The notes under the pieces were generated by a model. That model ran no database searches. It saw only the letters and a program-made list of their open reading frames with translations, and was not told the origin of the DNA. A DNA stretch of 64,000 nucleotides from Acutalibacteraceae bacterium (GTDB lineage Bacteria; Bacillota; Clostridia; Oscillospirales; Acutalibacteraceae), in assembly GCA_045541305.1 (NCBI GenBank), contig JAZQIV010000176.1:3173-67172 (forward strand), written 5' to 3'. Both the position numbers and the translations under genes were made by a program. Shown here piece by piece: positions 55,177-64,000 of this stretch. Positions within the stretch are counted from its first letter, which is position 1. The number at the start of each line of letters is the position of its first letter.

Positions 55177-57444
55177 ATGAAAAGAATTTTTAAAAATTGG
55201 TTCTGTGCATTTCTTTCATCTTTTATCCTTTTCTCCTTGGTTGCTTGCTCTCCGGTGACAGAGAATGAGCAAGGTCAAAAGGTTAACCAAGACATTGATA
55301 CCACCGTGCAAACGGATGCTGAACCTTGGGACGGATCTCTAAATTACGTTTTTGTATGTAAAAATGACGATTCGGCACTTTATGCAGATATGAAAACCGG
55401 CCATTTTTATATTGAATCGTTACAGAGCGCTCATAAGTGGTATAGTGTTCCCGCTGATGCGGACTTGGATAGTATCACAACCGGTTCAAAACGGTTGGAT
55501 GTTCGCTCACAAATGGTGATCGAGTATATTTACAAAGAAGACGAATCGATAACCGAATATGTCCAGACGGCGAACAGTTTAACCGAATGTATCGACAACG
55601 GCGGCATTGCCGTTCAGCTGATTGAAGAAGGTATTCGAGTTACATATAACTTTGTAACACTTGGTATTACCATTCCGGTCGAGTACACCTTGGAGAATGA
55701 CTATTTGAACGCAAAAGTCGAGATGGACAGTATCACTGAAAACGGCGTCGGCTTGTTGACGGCGATTAATCTTTTGCCGACGTTTGGCGCAGGAAACTGG
55801 GACGATCAAGGATATTTGTTCGTTCCCGACGGAAGCGGCGCAATTGTCAATTTTAATAATCAAGTCAAGATGAATGCGCCTTATGACGTTAGGGTGTATG
55901 GGAACGATTTGATAGATGATGTGCCTACCCGTGTTACCTATAAAGAAACCATACGTTTACCGGTTTTTGGAACGGTCAGTAACGGTGAGGCGTTAATGGG
56001 CCTAATTACAAAGGGTGATGGTGATTCATCCATTACCGTTCTGAACGGTAACAGCAGTTGCGGGTACAACGGAATCAGCAGCAAATTTCATGTTCGATTG
56101 CTGTCTAACCAATACAATATCTTCAACAAGAAAAATGTCGGTAAATTGTCACAGACCCCGGCCGATCTTGATTCTTATGAGGTTCGGTATTACACCTTGA
56201 GCGGAGAAGACGCCGATTATGTAGGTATGGCCGGTGTTTACCGCAACTATTTAATTAACGAAAAAGGGCTGACTAAGCAAGAAAGCAAGCCGGCTTTTCA
56301 TCTCGATTTAATCGGTGGCGTAGAAGTTCAGTCATCCTTCTTGGGAATCCCTTATACGAAGCGTCTGGTTCTTACCGATTTTGAGCAAGCGGTTGAAATT
56401 ATGGAGACGTTATCTGCCCTTAACGTTGATTCTTTCTCAATTCGTTATTTGGGTTGGAGCAACAACGGGTTAGAGAATAAAAAGGTTCCGGTATCTGCCG
56501 CTCCTTTAAAAGCGCTCGGAGGCACTAAAAGCTTTACCGCTCTTAGGGATTATGTGGGTACCAAAGGCTATTCTTTATATCCGGATGTTGATTTCCTAAA
56601 CTTTTCCGCAGGTGGAAACGGCATTAAAAAAGATGCGGATGCTATTCACAATATCTTTGATAAAATTATTTATCAAAATTCCTACATGCTTTCCGTGTAT
56701 GAAAAATCTTTAGACAGCGTTCCCACACGTTTGTTAACTCCCTCTAAATTATCGGATGTGGGTTTACGGTATTTGGAGTCGGTGAAATCGCAAGCTCTTA
56801 CCGCCATGAGTTTTAGCACATTGGGGGATTTGTGCTATTCGGATCTTGGCTCTAAAGGTTCTCGCGTGCCATTTTCAAAGTATTGTGAGCAGGTGATCTC
56901 CCACTATAAAAAGAACGGAGTAAATCTGGCGTTTGAGGGCGGTAATGCTTATGTATTGCCGTATGCCGATCTGATTGTGAATGCCCCCGGTTCTTCAAGC
57001 GGTTACGATATTTTTGATTACGACGTTCCTTTCTATCAAATTGTGTTGCACGGTTATGTGCCGTATACCACGGCCTCTTTGGGCAATGTACCTGACGTAA
57101 CCAAGGCATATTTAGCAGCTGTTGAGACCGGAAGCGAACTCATGTATACCGGAACCTACGAAGATACTATTTTGTTAAAGGATACGCAATACAATACATT
57201 TTATAATTCGGCGTACTCGTTATGGGCAAAGTCAGCATCAGATCGGTACAGCCGGTATGCACCGTTGCTTAAAAAGGTATACGATAAAACAATTGTCAGG
57301 CATGAAGAGGTATTGGACGATGTGTATCTAACCACCTATGAAGATTCGACGCAAGTGATTGTCAATTACAATGAAGAAGCAGTAACCATTAACGGGCAAA
57401 CCGTATCGGCATTAGGATTTTATGTGGGGGAGGGGATTCGATGA
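55177..57444 (+). CDS. Uncharacterised ~755-aa lipoprotein (DUF5696-like, unverified), copy B
   Basis: Start moved to ATG 55177. Lipobox FSLVAC. Collinear with the 17470 protein. Confidence 0.6.
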   Translation: MKRIFKNWFCAFLSSFILFSLVACSPVTENEQGQKVNQDIDTTVQTDAEPWDGSLNYVFVCKNDDSALYADMKTGHFYIESLQSAHKWYSVPADADLDSITTGSKRLDVRSQMVIEYIYKEDESITEYVQTANSLTECIDNGGIAVQLIEEGIRVTYNFVTLGITIPVEYTLENDYLNAKVEMDSITENGVGLLTAINLLPTFGAGNWDDQGYLFVPDGSGAIVNFNNQVKMNAPYDVRVYGNDLIDDVPTRVTYKETIRLPVFGTVSNGEALMGLITKGDGDSSITVLNGNSSCGYNGISSKFHVRLLSNQYNIFNKKNVGKLSQTPADLDSYEVRYYTLSGEDADYVGMAGVYRNYLINEKGLTKQESKPAFHLDLIGGVEVQSSFLGIPYTKRLVLTDFEQAVEIMETLSALNVDSFSIRYLGWSNNGLENKKVPVSAAPLKALGGTKSFTALRDYVGTKGYSLYPDVDFLNFSAGGNGIKKDADAIHNIFDKIIYQNSYMLSVYEKSLDSVPTRLLTPSKLSDVGLRYLESVKSQALTAMSFSTLGDLCYSDLGSKGSRVPFSKYCEQVISHYKKNGVNLAFEGGNAYVLPYADLIVNAPGSSSGYDIFDYDVPFYQIVLHGYVPYTTASLGNVPDVTKAYLAAVETGSELMYTGTYEDTILLKDTQYNTFYNSAYSLWAKSASDRYSRYAPLLKKVYDKTIVRHEEVLDDVYLTTYEDSTQVIVNYNEEAVTINGQTVSALGFYVGEGIR

Positions 57445-58367
57445 AACTAAAATCCAAGAAAATGACATTGGCCCAAAAAAGTGCTTGGACCGGCAGACTC
57501 TTCGTTTTACCACTGTATATCGGTTTGATCTTTTTTGTGGTAACCCCTTTTGTGCAGTCTTTATTGTTTTCCTTTGCTGATGTTAAAATGGACTCAAGCG
57601 GATATGCAACCAATTTTATTGGGTTGGAGAATTTCAGGGTTATTTTTAAAGCGGACCCCAATTTCACACGGTTACTTGTTGAAAGCATCACCAACTTACT
57701 TTGGCAGGTTCCGGTTATTATTATTGCCAGCTTATTTATTGCGGTGATTTTAAAATCAAAATTTGTGGGACGCACCTTTGTCAGAAGCGTGTTCTTTTTA
57801 CCCGTCATACTGGCATCCGGCTTTTTATTATCGATTGTGAACTTTGATGAGGCCGCACGTAATGTCATGGAAGGGAACCTGGTTTCTTCCGGTGCGGTAG
57901 TAGAAACGTCTGCCCTGAATGATTTTTTGGTGAACTTAGGGTTGGGATCGAAGATCGTTACGTTGTTCAGTAGGATTTATAATAATATTTTCACCGTGCT
58001 TTGGAAATCGGGTATACAAATTGTCATCTTTTTGGCGGCGCTGCAAAGTATTTCTCCCACGCTCTATGAGGCATCGGCAGTTGAAGGTGCCACTGCATGG
58101 GAAGACTTTTGGAAAATTACCATTCCCATGATCAAACCAATGATACTGATCAATATCTTTTTTACGGTCATAGAAAGCTTCGTGGATTCGAACAACCAAA
58201 TCATGGTAAAAATCATGACTTCCTTGCAAGGCTTACGTCTGGGGCTGGCTTCCTCCATGGCGTGGACGTATTTTCTAATTGTTGCCGTTATATTGGCGAT
58301 TGTTTCCATTATATTCAGCCGATTTGACGATAAAAATGAAGGGAGGCGGGCGCATGGCTTGCGGTAA
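57441..58367 (+). CDS. Carbohydrate ABC transporter permease (MalF type), second pair
   Basis: ATGA overlap with the upstream stop. EAA loop LYEASAVEGATAWEDFWKITIPMIKP. Paralog of the 19734 gene. Confidence 0.9.
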   Translation: MKLKSKKMTLAQKSAWTGRLFVLPLYIGLIFFVVTPFVQSLLFSFADVKMDSSGYATNFIGLENFRVIFKADPNFTRLLVESITNLLWQVPVIIIASLFIAVILKSKFVGRTFVRSVFFLPVILASGFLLSIVNFDEAARNVMEGNLVSSGAVVETSALNDFLVNLGLGSKIVTLFSRIYNNIFTVLWKSGIQIVIFLAALQSISPTLYEASAVEGATAWEDFWKITIPMIKPMILINIFFTVIESFVDSNNQIMVKIMTSLQGLRLGLASSMAWTYFLIVAVILAIVSIIFSRFDDKNEGRRAHGLR

Positions 58368-59328
58368 ACCGTTTAGAAAACCGAACTGGCTGGTAGCCAG
58401 ACGCCGCAGTACGCGTGCAATCGTTGTTTCCCTTCGAACGCTGTTATTGCTTGGCCTATGCTATTTGTTTTTATTCCCTATTTTTTACCTAATATTGTCC
58501 GCAGTGTCGGCGCCCGAAGCAATGGCTGACCCGAATGTGGTCTGGTTGCCCGATCAACTCACATTGGCAAATTTTAAAACAGCTTTTGTTGAGTTAGAGT
58601 TTTCACGGTCAGCGTTACTCAGTTTGTGTAATACCTTACTCGGAACGATAGCTTCCTTAGTATCGTGTTCTTTGATCGGATATGGTTTTGCACGGTTTCA
58701 ATTCGCCGAGAAAAAAGTCTTATTTGCCATTGTTATCCTCAACATTATTGTGCCGCCGCAGACGATGCTTATATCTCAGTATCTGCAATTCCGGTATTTT
58801 GATTTTGGCGGTATTTTGGGCGTCCTTGAACCGATTTTAAATTTTTCAAGTGTGGATCTTCTGAACACACCTTGGGTATTTTTGCTTCCTGCCATGTTGG
58901 GCGTTGGATTGCGAGATGGATTGTTTATCTTTATTTTCAGGCAATTCTTTTTGGGAATCCCGAAAGATTTAGAAGAAGCAGCACGTGTCGACGGAAGCAA
59001 TGCACTCAGAACGTTTGTCAGAATTATCGTTCCGGTAGCTGTTCCGGCGTTTATTACGGTCTTGTTGTTTTCTTTCGTGTGGCATTGGAACGATTTTTAC
59101 ACTTCGGACATGATGTTTGCTTCCGGAACAAAGCCATTGATTCCGCAGCTTGCCATTGTCAAAACGGAATTGGCGAACATGATGAATCGCGGCGGCAATG
59201 ACGCACTGAATGCACGGGGTGTCCTCGCGTCGGCAGCTTTGCTGGCGATTACCGTTCCGTTGGCATTATATACCGTAACCCAACGCTATTTTGTAGAAAG
59301 TATTGAGCGAGTGGGAATGGTTGGCTAA
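58354..59328 (+). CDS. Carbohydrate ABC transporter permease (MalG type), second pair
   Basis: Start moved to ATG 58354 (GGGAGG 7 nt upstream). EAA loop LEEAARVDGSNALRTFVRIIVPVAVP. Paralog of the 20663 gene. Confidence 0.9.
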   Translation: MACGKPFRKPNWLVARRRSTRAIVVSLRTLLLLGLCYLFLFPIFYLILSAVSAPEAMADPNVVWLPDQLTLANFKTAFVELEFSRSALLSLCNTLLGTIASLVSCSLIGYGFARFQFAEKKVLFAIVILNIIVPPQTMLISQYLQFRYFDFGGILGVLEPILNFSSVDLLNTPWVFLLPAMLGVGLRDGLFIFIFRQFFLGIPKDLEEAARVDGSNALRTFVRIIVPVAVPAFITVLLFSFVWHWNDFYTSDMMFASGTKPLIPQLAIVKTELANMMNRGGNDALNARGVLASAALLAITVPLALYTVTQRYFVESIERVGMVG

Positions 59329-59412
59329 TTCATTTTCAAAAGATAGCGCAGAGTATTTTTGAAAAGAACTCATAGGACCGTAGATGGTGTTGTGAGGAAA
59401 GGAGAACTCGTT

Positions 59413-62400
59413 ATGAAAACGAATTTTCGTAAATTTTTATGCATAATTTTATCCGCTTTGATGGTGGTTGGATTTCCCATTTCCCTTTTTCACGTAGGTG
59501 CGACCGAGACACAAAACCTGTTTGAAAACGGAACTTTCGATGAAGATTATTCGAATTATTGGACCTTCACAACCGGCACCACCGTTTCCATTGCGGAAAA
59601 TGCAGGCGTGGACGGAACTCCATGCTTACATATTGTGAACGACACGACTGCTGCCAAAATGGCAAAGTATAACAAGAAACTTATCAGTTTGATGGAAACC
59701 GGTGTTGCTTACGAGTTGAGTTTTGACTACAAAACGGTTGGTGTAGTTTCCAACAGCAAAAAACCAAAGCTCAAATTTTTCGGAACCAGCGAAAATATCA
59801 TGCTCAACGACAGCACGACCCTTCTGGATTCTGCTGCCGATTGGACACACGTATCCTACGAAGTGACGAGCAACGGTACGCCCTCCGGCAATAAAATACA
59901 AGAGTTAATCTTCACCATACTGGCATCCACGGAATTGTATTTTGACAATTTTTCTTTGACAAAAAAGGTGTCCGGTGATAACGGAAACGGCGGAGGCGAA
60001 GGTCAGCAGCCGCCATTACCTGCAACAAATATTGTCGAAAACGGAAATTTTGACGAGGATAGCGACTATACACCCTATTGGACCTTTACTGCCGGCACCA
60101 CCGTTTCAATTGCGGAAAACGTAGGTGTGGACGGAACATCGTGCTTGCGTATTGTGAACGATAGCACTGCTGCCAAAATGGCAAAGTATAATAAGCAACT
60201 CATCAGCTTGATGGAAACCGGTGTTGCTTACAAGCTGAGTTTTGACTATAAAACGGTTGGCGTGGTTTCCAATAGCAAAAAGCCGAAGCTCAAATTTTTT
60301 GGAACCAACGATAACGTTATGTTGAATGACAGCACAACGCTTCTGGATTCTGCCGCTGATTGGACACATATATCCTATGAAGTGATGAGCAATGGTACAC
60401 CGTCCAACAACAAGGTGCAGGAGCTTATTTTCACCTTGATGTCGTCCACGGAATTATATCTTGATAATTTTTCTTTGATGAAAAAAGTCTACGGCGATGA
60501 CGAAAACGGTGGAGGCGAAGGCGGGGAACCGCCGGCGACCGAAATTAACCTTGTTAAAAACGGAGATTTTGAGAATTTTGAAGACCAGCAGCTTTGGCGA
60601 GATGGTTCAAACGGAAGCTATATTGAAGCTGCTGCAGGTGTCGGTAAAGATAGTACAGGCGGTTTTCGTGTAGCGCCTGCTGAAATGACCGATACCACGG
60701 TATTCGCCCGCTATCAAATGCCATTGATTGAGGTCATGAACGTTGGCAAACCGTATGAGTTGAGCTTTTGGTATAAAACCGGCGGAAATGGTACGGCGAA
60801 GCCTTCTGTTCAATTTGGCATTCCCGATAATCTTATGCTGGGTGACACCCAGTTAGAGCGAACTAATGAATGGACGTATGTTTCCTACCGAGTCACCAGT
60901 CGGAGCACAGAAGTTCCCTCGAATCGTACAAAAAGTCAATTCTGCTTTACGGTCACGAAATCGGTTGGCGAGTTCTGCGTGGATAATATTGTGCTGAAAC
61001 AATTAGACGGCAAGCCTGCGGAATCCATTACTATCAGCCCGAAAGCCATGTCAGTTGCGCTGAATTCAGGTGCCAAGGCTTCTCTATCGGCAGTCGTTCT
61101 TCCGGATGATGCCGATCAACTGGTCACGTGGACGAGTAGCGATGAAACCATTGCGAAAGTTTCGGCGGGTGTCGGCATTACGCAGTGTAACATCACGCCG
61201 GTTGCTGTGGGCACCGTTACGATAACAGCAAAGACAACAAACGGACTGACCGATACGGCCACAATTACTGTCATACCCGAAGTGCCGGTTGACTTATCCA
61301 ATCTTTTTATTAACGGAAATTTTGAGATTGGTGATGACAGTTGGCTGCTTCCGGCAGGTTCGATGATTGAAAACGGAATGGGTTACGGAACCCCGCCCGG
61401 AAGCGGTTTGAAGATCACCGGATCGGATTCCAAAGAGCTTACCGTACGGTATCGTAAAGAATTGGCTGCCAAAATGACACCGGGTACCACCTATGAACTG
61501 AGCTTTTGGTATAAAACATCCGTGGATGCTACCACGAGATTACGATTAAATTTTGGCGATACCAGTACATCATATCCGTATAGTCCAAATGGAATGATAG
61601 CTGCGAATTCCATGTTGCCTTCCACCGATGGTGAGTGGAAACAGATTTCCATGATTGTGCAGGGCAACGGAATCGGTAGCACAGGGTTTGATTTTTACTT
61701 TAAATCCACCAAAGGTGTAGGCGTTATCTATATTGATGATGTTTCATTAAAGACAAAAGACGGGGTTCACAATTTATTCCCCAACGGCGACTTTGAATTT
61801 GGTGGCGGCCTTGATTATTGGACCAACAACGATATGGTCGTTGAAGGTGTAGGCCGCGAAGTAGGAGGAACCCCCGGCTGGGGTATGAAAATCACCGGAA
61901 CCAATACGTCGGTTGTCAACCGCTATAGCAAATCGCTTGCTTGGCTCATGGAAAAAAATAAGCCGTACGAATTGAGTTTTTGGTATCGGACTACAGGACC
62001 CAGCTATCTGCGCGTGATTTTTGGATATACGAATGCATCTTACCCGAATTCGTATAATCCAATGGTAAAAGAAACAACTCTGGAAAAAACAGATGGTGAA
62101 TGGAAACAAGCATCCTTTATTGTTACGAGTAATGGTAAGGGTGCGATAGGCTGGGACTTGACGTTAATCGCCGGTGCCGGAAACGGAGATGTTTTTATCG
62201 ATGACCTTTCTTTGGTGAGAGCTGAAGAAAGTGATGTTACTTCGGTTACCATTCAGCCCGAAACACTGGCGGTTCGAATCGGTTCCGCTACGGTTGCCAG
62301 CCTGAATGCAACCATTTTACCTGCTAATTCCGATAAAACGCTGACATGGACCAGTAGTAACGAAGGCGTGGCAACGGTTGCACCGGGCGGTGCGGTCGGT

Positions 62401-64000
62401 TCCTGTATTATTACACCGATTTTTGCGGGCAAAACCACTATTACAGCTACCTCTGTGAACGGCATAACAGCTACCGCTGAGGTGACGGTGGTGGATTCTA
62501 CCATTGATTTGGCTGTAACCGAATTAACGACCACGAACGAGTGGCCAAAACCCGGTGAAAAGGTATCGGTTGCCGCTACCGTGACAAATGTATCCGAGGA
62601 TCAAGAGGCCCCCAAAGGTGTACATGTGAAATTTATGGTAGACGGCGTGTTGCTCGCAACCGAAAAGACGGCGGAACCGTTGCCTGCCGGCGGCAGTGAA
62701 GTCGTGTTCTTGAACGTGGATTGGGAAGCAATACAGGGATCACATACAATTTCGGCCGTGTTAGATTCCAGCGTGGTTACGCTTGACGTGAATACGGCGA
62801 ATGATTATCTTAACAAAAACGTCCACGTAGCAGAGACGAAATTGCAAATCCCTGAACCTGCGGCAAGTGCCGGTTATAACACACTCACTTTCAGTGATGA
62901 CTTTGATAGTTTAGCGACGATCGATGTGAATGCGACCGGCGGAGTTGGGTACAAATGGTATACAGACATTCCGTATGCAAGACCCAACACCTCTTCCAAC
63001 GATTATTCCGTACAGGATTCGGCTATTAAAATCGCAACACCTTCCACCTTCGCACTCCCGACATATAGTACGAAATCACGAGTAGGTTTTGATTATACGT
63101 TCGGATATTTGGAAGTACGGTTCCGTTATGATCCGACGATTCCGAAAACAAAATATTGGCCGGCAATTTGGTCAATTCCGAAAGCGGCGTATCATAGTGA
63201 AATGGATCGCTCGGTGGAATTGGATTTCTTTGAGGCGGTCAAATATGGCGGCGCATTTACGGTCCACGATCGCCGATTGAGTGACAAAACCGAAGAATGG
63301 TGGGCATCTGCAGCGGGTGGTGCCGCGTGGCCGGGTAAAGATTACCAGATATTGGGCGTTCTTTGGGAAAAAGGCTCCCTTACGTGGTATTTGAACGGTG
63401 AAGTTGTGCACAGATTGTTGTACAGCGAGGATGATTACTCTTCACCGGCAGGTACAAGAGCCATATACAAAGGTATGTTCAGTCCGTTGGATGAACATGG
63501 CGCAACGATCATTTTGGGCGCTGATACAAACTGGCCCATGGAAGTAGATTACGTTCGCGTTTGGCAGTCCGGTAACGGGGAATCGGGTGATTCTAACATT
63601 CAAGACGGAGTACAAGATCCAACCGAAACGAAAACTACAACCGTAACCGGCAAATTATTCGACCAATATGGTAACACCATCTCCGACGGCTGGATTTTGA
63701 TGCAACCGGGTTATTTGGTGGAATCTACGGATGCTGAAGGCAATTTCTCGTTTAAAGACATTGAACCCGGCACCTACAAAATTTATATTTATGATGAAGT
63801 AGGAAACGAGATCGAATCGACCTATTCGGTCGAAATCAGTGAAGGCGAAAATTTAATGCTATACGCTGTTTGGGACGGTTCGAGCTTTACGGTAAGCGAG
63901 AGCAACATGTTTGAGGGGAATGTCGATGTAAATGGAGGAGAAAATGAAGTTTCTCCCGACAATCCGACAGACGGTACGGATGACCAGGTCGGCGGAGACA
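59413..64000 (+). CDS. Very large secreted multimodular glycanase (partial, continues past the window): 5 CBM4/9-like modules, 2 Big_2, CARDB-like, GH16 catalytic and CarboxypepD_reg-like domains
   Basis: Not in the ORF track because no stop is reached. Hand translation from ATG 59413 (AGGAAAGGAG upstream) stays open to 63999 (1529 codons). Signal peptide MKTNFRKFLCIILSALMVVGFPISLFHVGA. The YELSF(W/D)YKT CBM motif occurs 5 times. There are two ...TWTSS(D/N)E...TITA(K/T).. Ig-like segments. Confidence 0.85.
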   Translation, partial: MKTNFRKFLCIILSALMVVGFPISLFHVGATETQNLFENGTFDEDYSNYWTFTTGTTVSIAENAGVDGTPCLHIVNDTTAAKMAKYNKKLISLMETGVAYELSFDYKTVGVVSNSKKPKLKFFGTSENIMLNDSTTLLDSAADWTHVSYEVTSNGTPSGNKIQELIFTILASTELYFDNFSLTKKVSGDNGNGGGEGQQPPLPATNIVENGNFDEDSDYTPYWTFTAGTTVSIAENVGVDGTSCLRIVNDSTAAKMAKYNKQLISLMETGVAYKLSFDYKTVGVVSNSKKPKLKFFGTNDNVMLNDSTTLLDSAADWTHISYEVMSNGTPSNNKVQELIFTLMSSTELYLDNFSLMKKVYGDDENGGGEGGEPPATEINLVKNGDFENFEDQQLWRDGSNGSYIEAAAGVGKDSTGGFRVAPAEMTDTTVFARYQMPLIEVMNVGKPYELSFWYKTGGNGTAKPSVQFGIPDNLMLGDTQLERTNEWTYVSYRVTSRSTEVPSNRTKSQFCFTVTKSVGEFCVDNIVLKQLDGKPAESITISPKAMSVALNSGAKASLSAVVLPDDADQLVTWTSSDETIAKVSAGVGITQCNITPVAVGTVTITAKTTNGLTDTATITVIPEVPVDLSNLFINGNFEIGDDSWLLPAGSMIENGMGYGTPPGSGLKITGSDSKELTVRYRKELAAKMTPGTTYELSFWYKTSVDATTRLRLNFGDTSTSYPYSPNGMIAANSMLPSTDGEWKQISMIVQGNGIGSTGFDFYFKSTKGVGVIYIDDVSLKTKDGVHNLFPNGDFEFGGGLDYWTNNDMVVEGVGREVGGTPGWGMKITGTNTSVVNRYSKSLAWLMEKNKPYELSFWYRTTGPSYLRVIFGYTNASYPNSYNPMVKETTLEKTDGEWKQASFIVTSNGKGAIGWDLTLIAGAGNGDVFIDDLSLVRAEESDVTSVTIQPETLAVRIGSATVASLNATILPANSDKTLTWTSSNEGVATVAPGGAVGSCIITPIFAGKTTITATSVNGITATAEVTVVDSTIDLAVTELTTTNEWPKPGEKVSVAATVTNVSEDQEAPKGVHVKFMVDGVLLATEKTAEPLPAGGSEVVFLNVDWEAIQGSHTISAVLDSSVVTLDVNTANDYLNKNVHVAETKLQIPEPAASAGYNTLTFSDDFDSLATIDVNATGGVGYKWYTDIPYARPNTSSNDYSVQDSAIKIATPSTFALPTYSTKSRVGFDYTFGYLEVRFRYDPTIPKTKYWPAIWSIPKAAYHSEMDRSVELDFFEAVKYGGAFTVHDRRLSDKTEEWWASAAGGAAWPGKDYQILGVLWEKGSLTWYLNGEVVHRLLYSEDDYSSPAGTRAIYKGMFSPLDEHGATIILGADTNWPMEVDYVRVWQSGNGESGDSNIQDGVQDPTETKTTTVTGKLFDQYGNTISDGWILMQPGYLVESTDAEGNFSFKDIEPGTYKIYIYDEVGNEIESTYSVEISEGENLMLYAVWDGSSFTVSESNMFEGNVDVNGGENEVSPDNPTDGTDDQVGGD
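59515..60490 (+). repeat. Tandem duplication of a whole CBM module (period 519 bp = 173 codons)
   Basis: TATTGGACCTT recurs at 59557 and 60076. The two units are roughly 85-90% identical at the DNA level by eye. Confidence 0.8.
62869..63573 (+). other. GH16 catalytic domain within the 59413 gene
   Basis: The ExDxxE catalytic motif is present as VELDFFE (63214-63234). WPAIWSIP and VDYVRVW strands are typical of the GH16 beta-jelly-roll. Confidence 0.75.

Noticed and set aside
1387-58353. N-terminal extensions given by the ORF track, with track starts at 1387, 13500, 15345, 17401, 19704, 30778, 32226-33167, 34231-34974, 39643, 41375, 48224, 52086, 53034, 55087 and 58279.
   Set aside because: In each case an internal ATG or TTG is preceded by a good Shine-Dalgarno at 6-10 nt. 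Using it starts a plausible signal peptide or domain and removes long overlaps with the upstream gene. Shorter coordinates were used.
59-63411. Dozens of 60-270-aa antisense or out-of-frame ORFs in the track (for example 512-1015 -, 2473-3267 -, 5053-5655 -, 9117-9731 -, 22172-22996 -, 27291-27908 -).
   Set aside because: All lie inside long, motif-bearing genes on the other strand or frame. They lack RBSs and have Arg/His/Cys-rich shadow-frame composition typical of the opposite strand of coding DNA.
1-64000. A search by eye for CRISPR arrays, rRNA, toxin-antitoxin pairs, restriction-modification, phage structural genes or other defence systems.
   Set aside because: No regularly spaced short direct repeats were found. 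No nuclease, methylase, helicase or ATPase signatures were found. No small adjacent gene pairs of TA type were found. The only mobile-element trace is the truncated integrase.

Overview
This 64-kb window looks like a Gram-positive, Clostridia-type chromosome: strong AGGAGG-type ribosome-binding sites, lipobox lipoproteins with Thr/Ser-rich linkers, and a sortase-type sorting signal. It is almost entirely carbohydrate capture, import and catabolism genes, and falls into three blocks. (1) 125-28451 is a single + strand array. It encodes secreted beta-sandwich surface proteins, a LacI regulator, a GH2 enzyme, a large composite ABC import locus, a DUF4091/GH123-like protein, and four oxidoreductase/isomerase genes. 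(2) 28452-29640 is a decayed integration scar: a tRNA 3'-end fragment, duplicated att-like and 20-bp repeats, a long palindrome and a 5'-truncated tyrosine integrase. From here the sequence is visibly more AT-rich (spot counts only). (3) 29868-37961 is a bidirectional sugar-acid catabolic islet with two AraC regulators. It is followed by a second + strand array (38093 to the window end) with binding proteins, CBM proteins, GH-like enzymes, a second diverged copy of the composite import locus, and a >1529-aa CBM/Big_2/CARDB/GH16 protein that runs off the window. The most unusual feature is that composite locus, present twice in the same gene order. It consists of a ~950-aa CBM-fused solute-binding protein, 2 permeases, a secreted NHL/TPR protein fused to a Yip1-type membrane domain, a ~760-aa uncharacterised extracytoplasmic protein, and 2 more permeases. 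No ABC ATPase gene occurs anywhere in the window. Other observations: a twice-conserved cassette containing an untracked 42-43 codon acidic mini-ORF; a 4x tandem unassigned ~210-aa domain in a wall-anchored protein; and a 42-bp operator-like element duplicated in front of two AraC-linked operons. No rRNA, intact tRNA, CRISPR array or recognisable defence, toxin or phage module was seen. All family names come from motif recognition by eye. No database search or computation was run.
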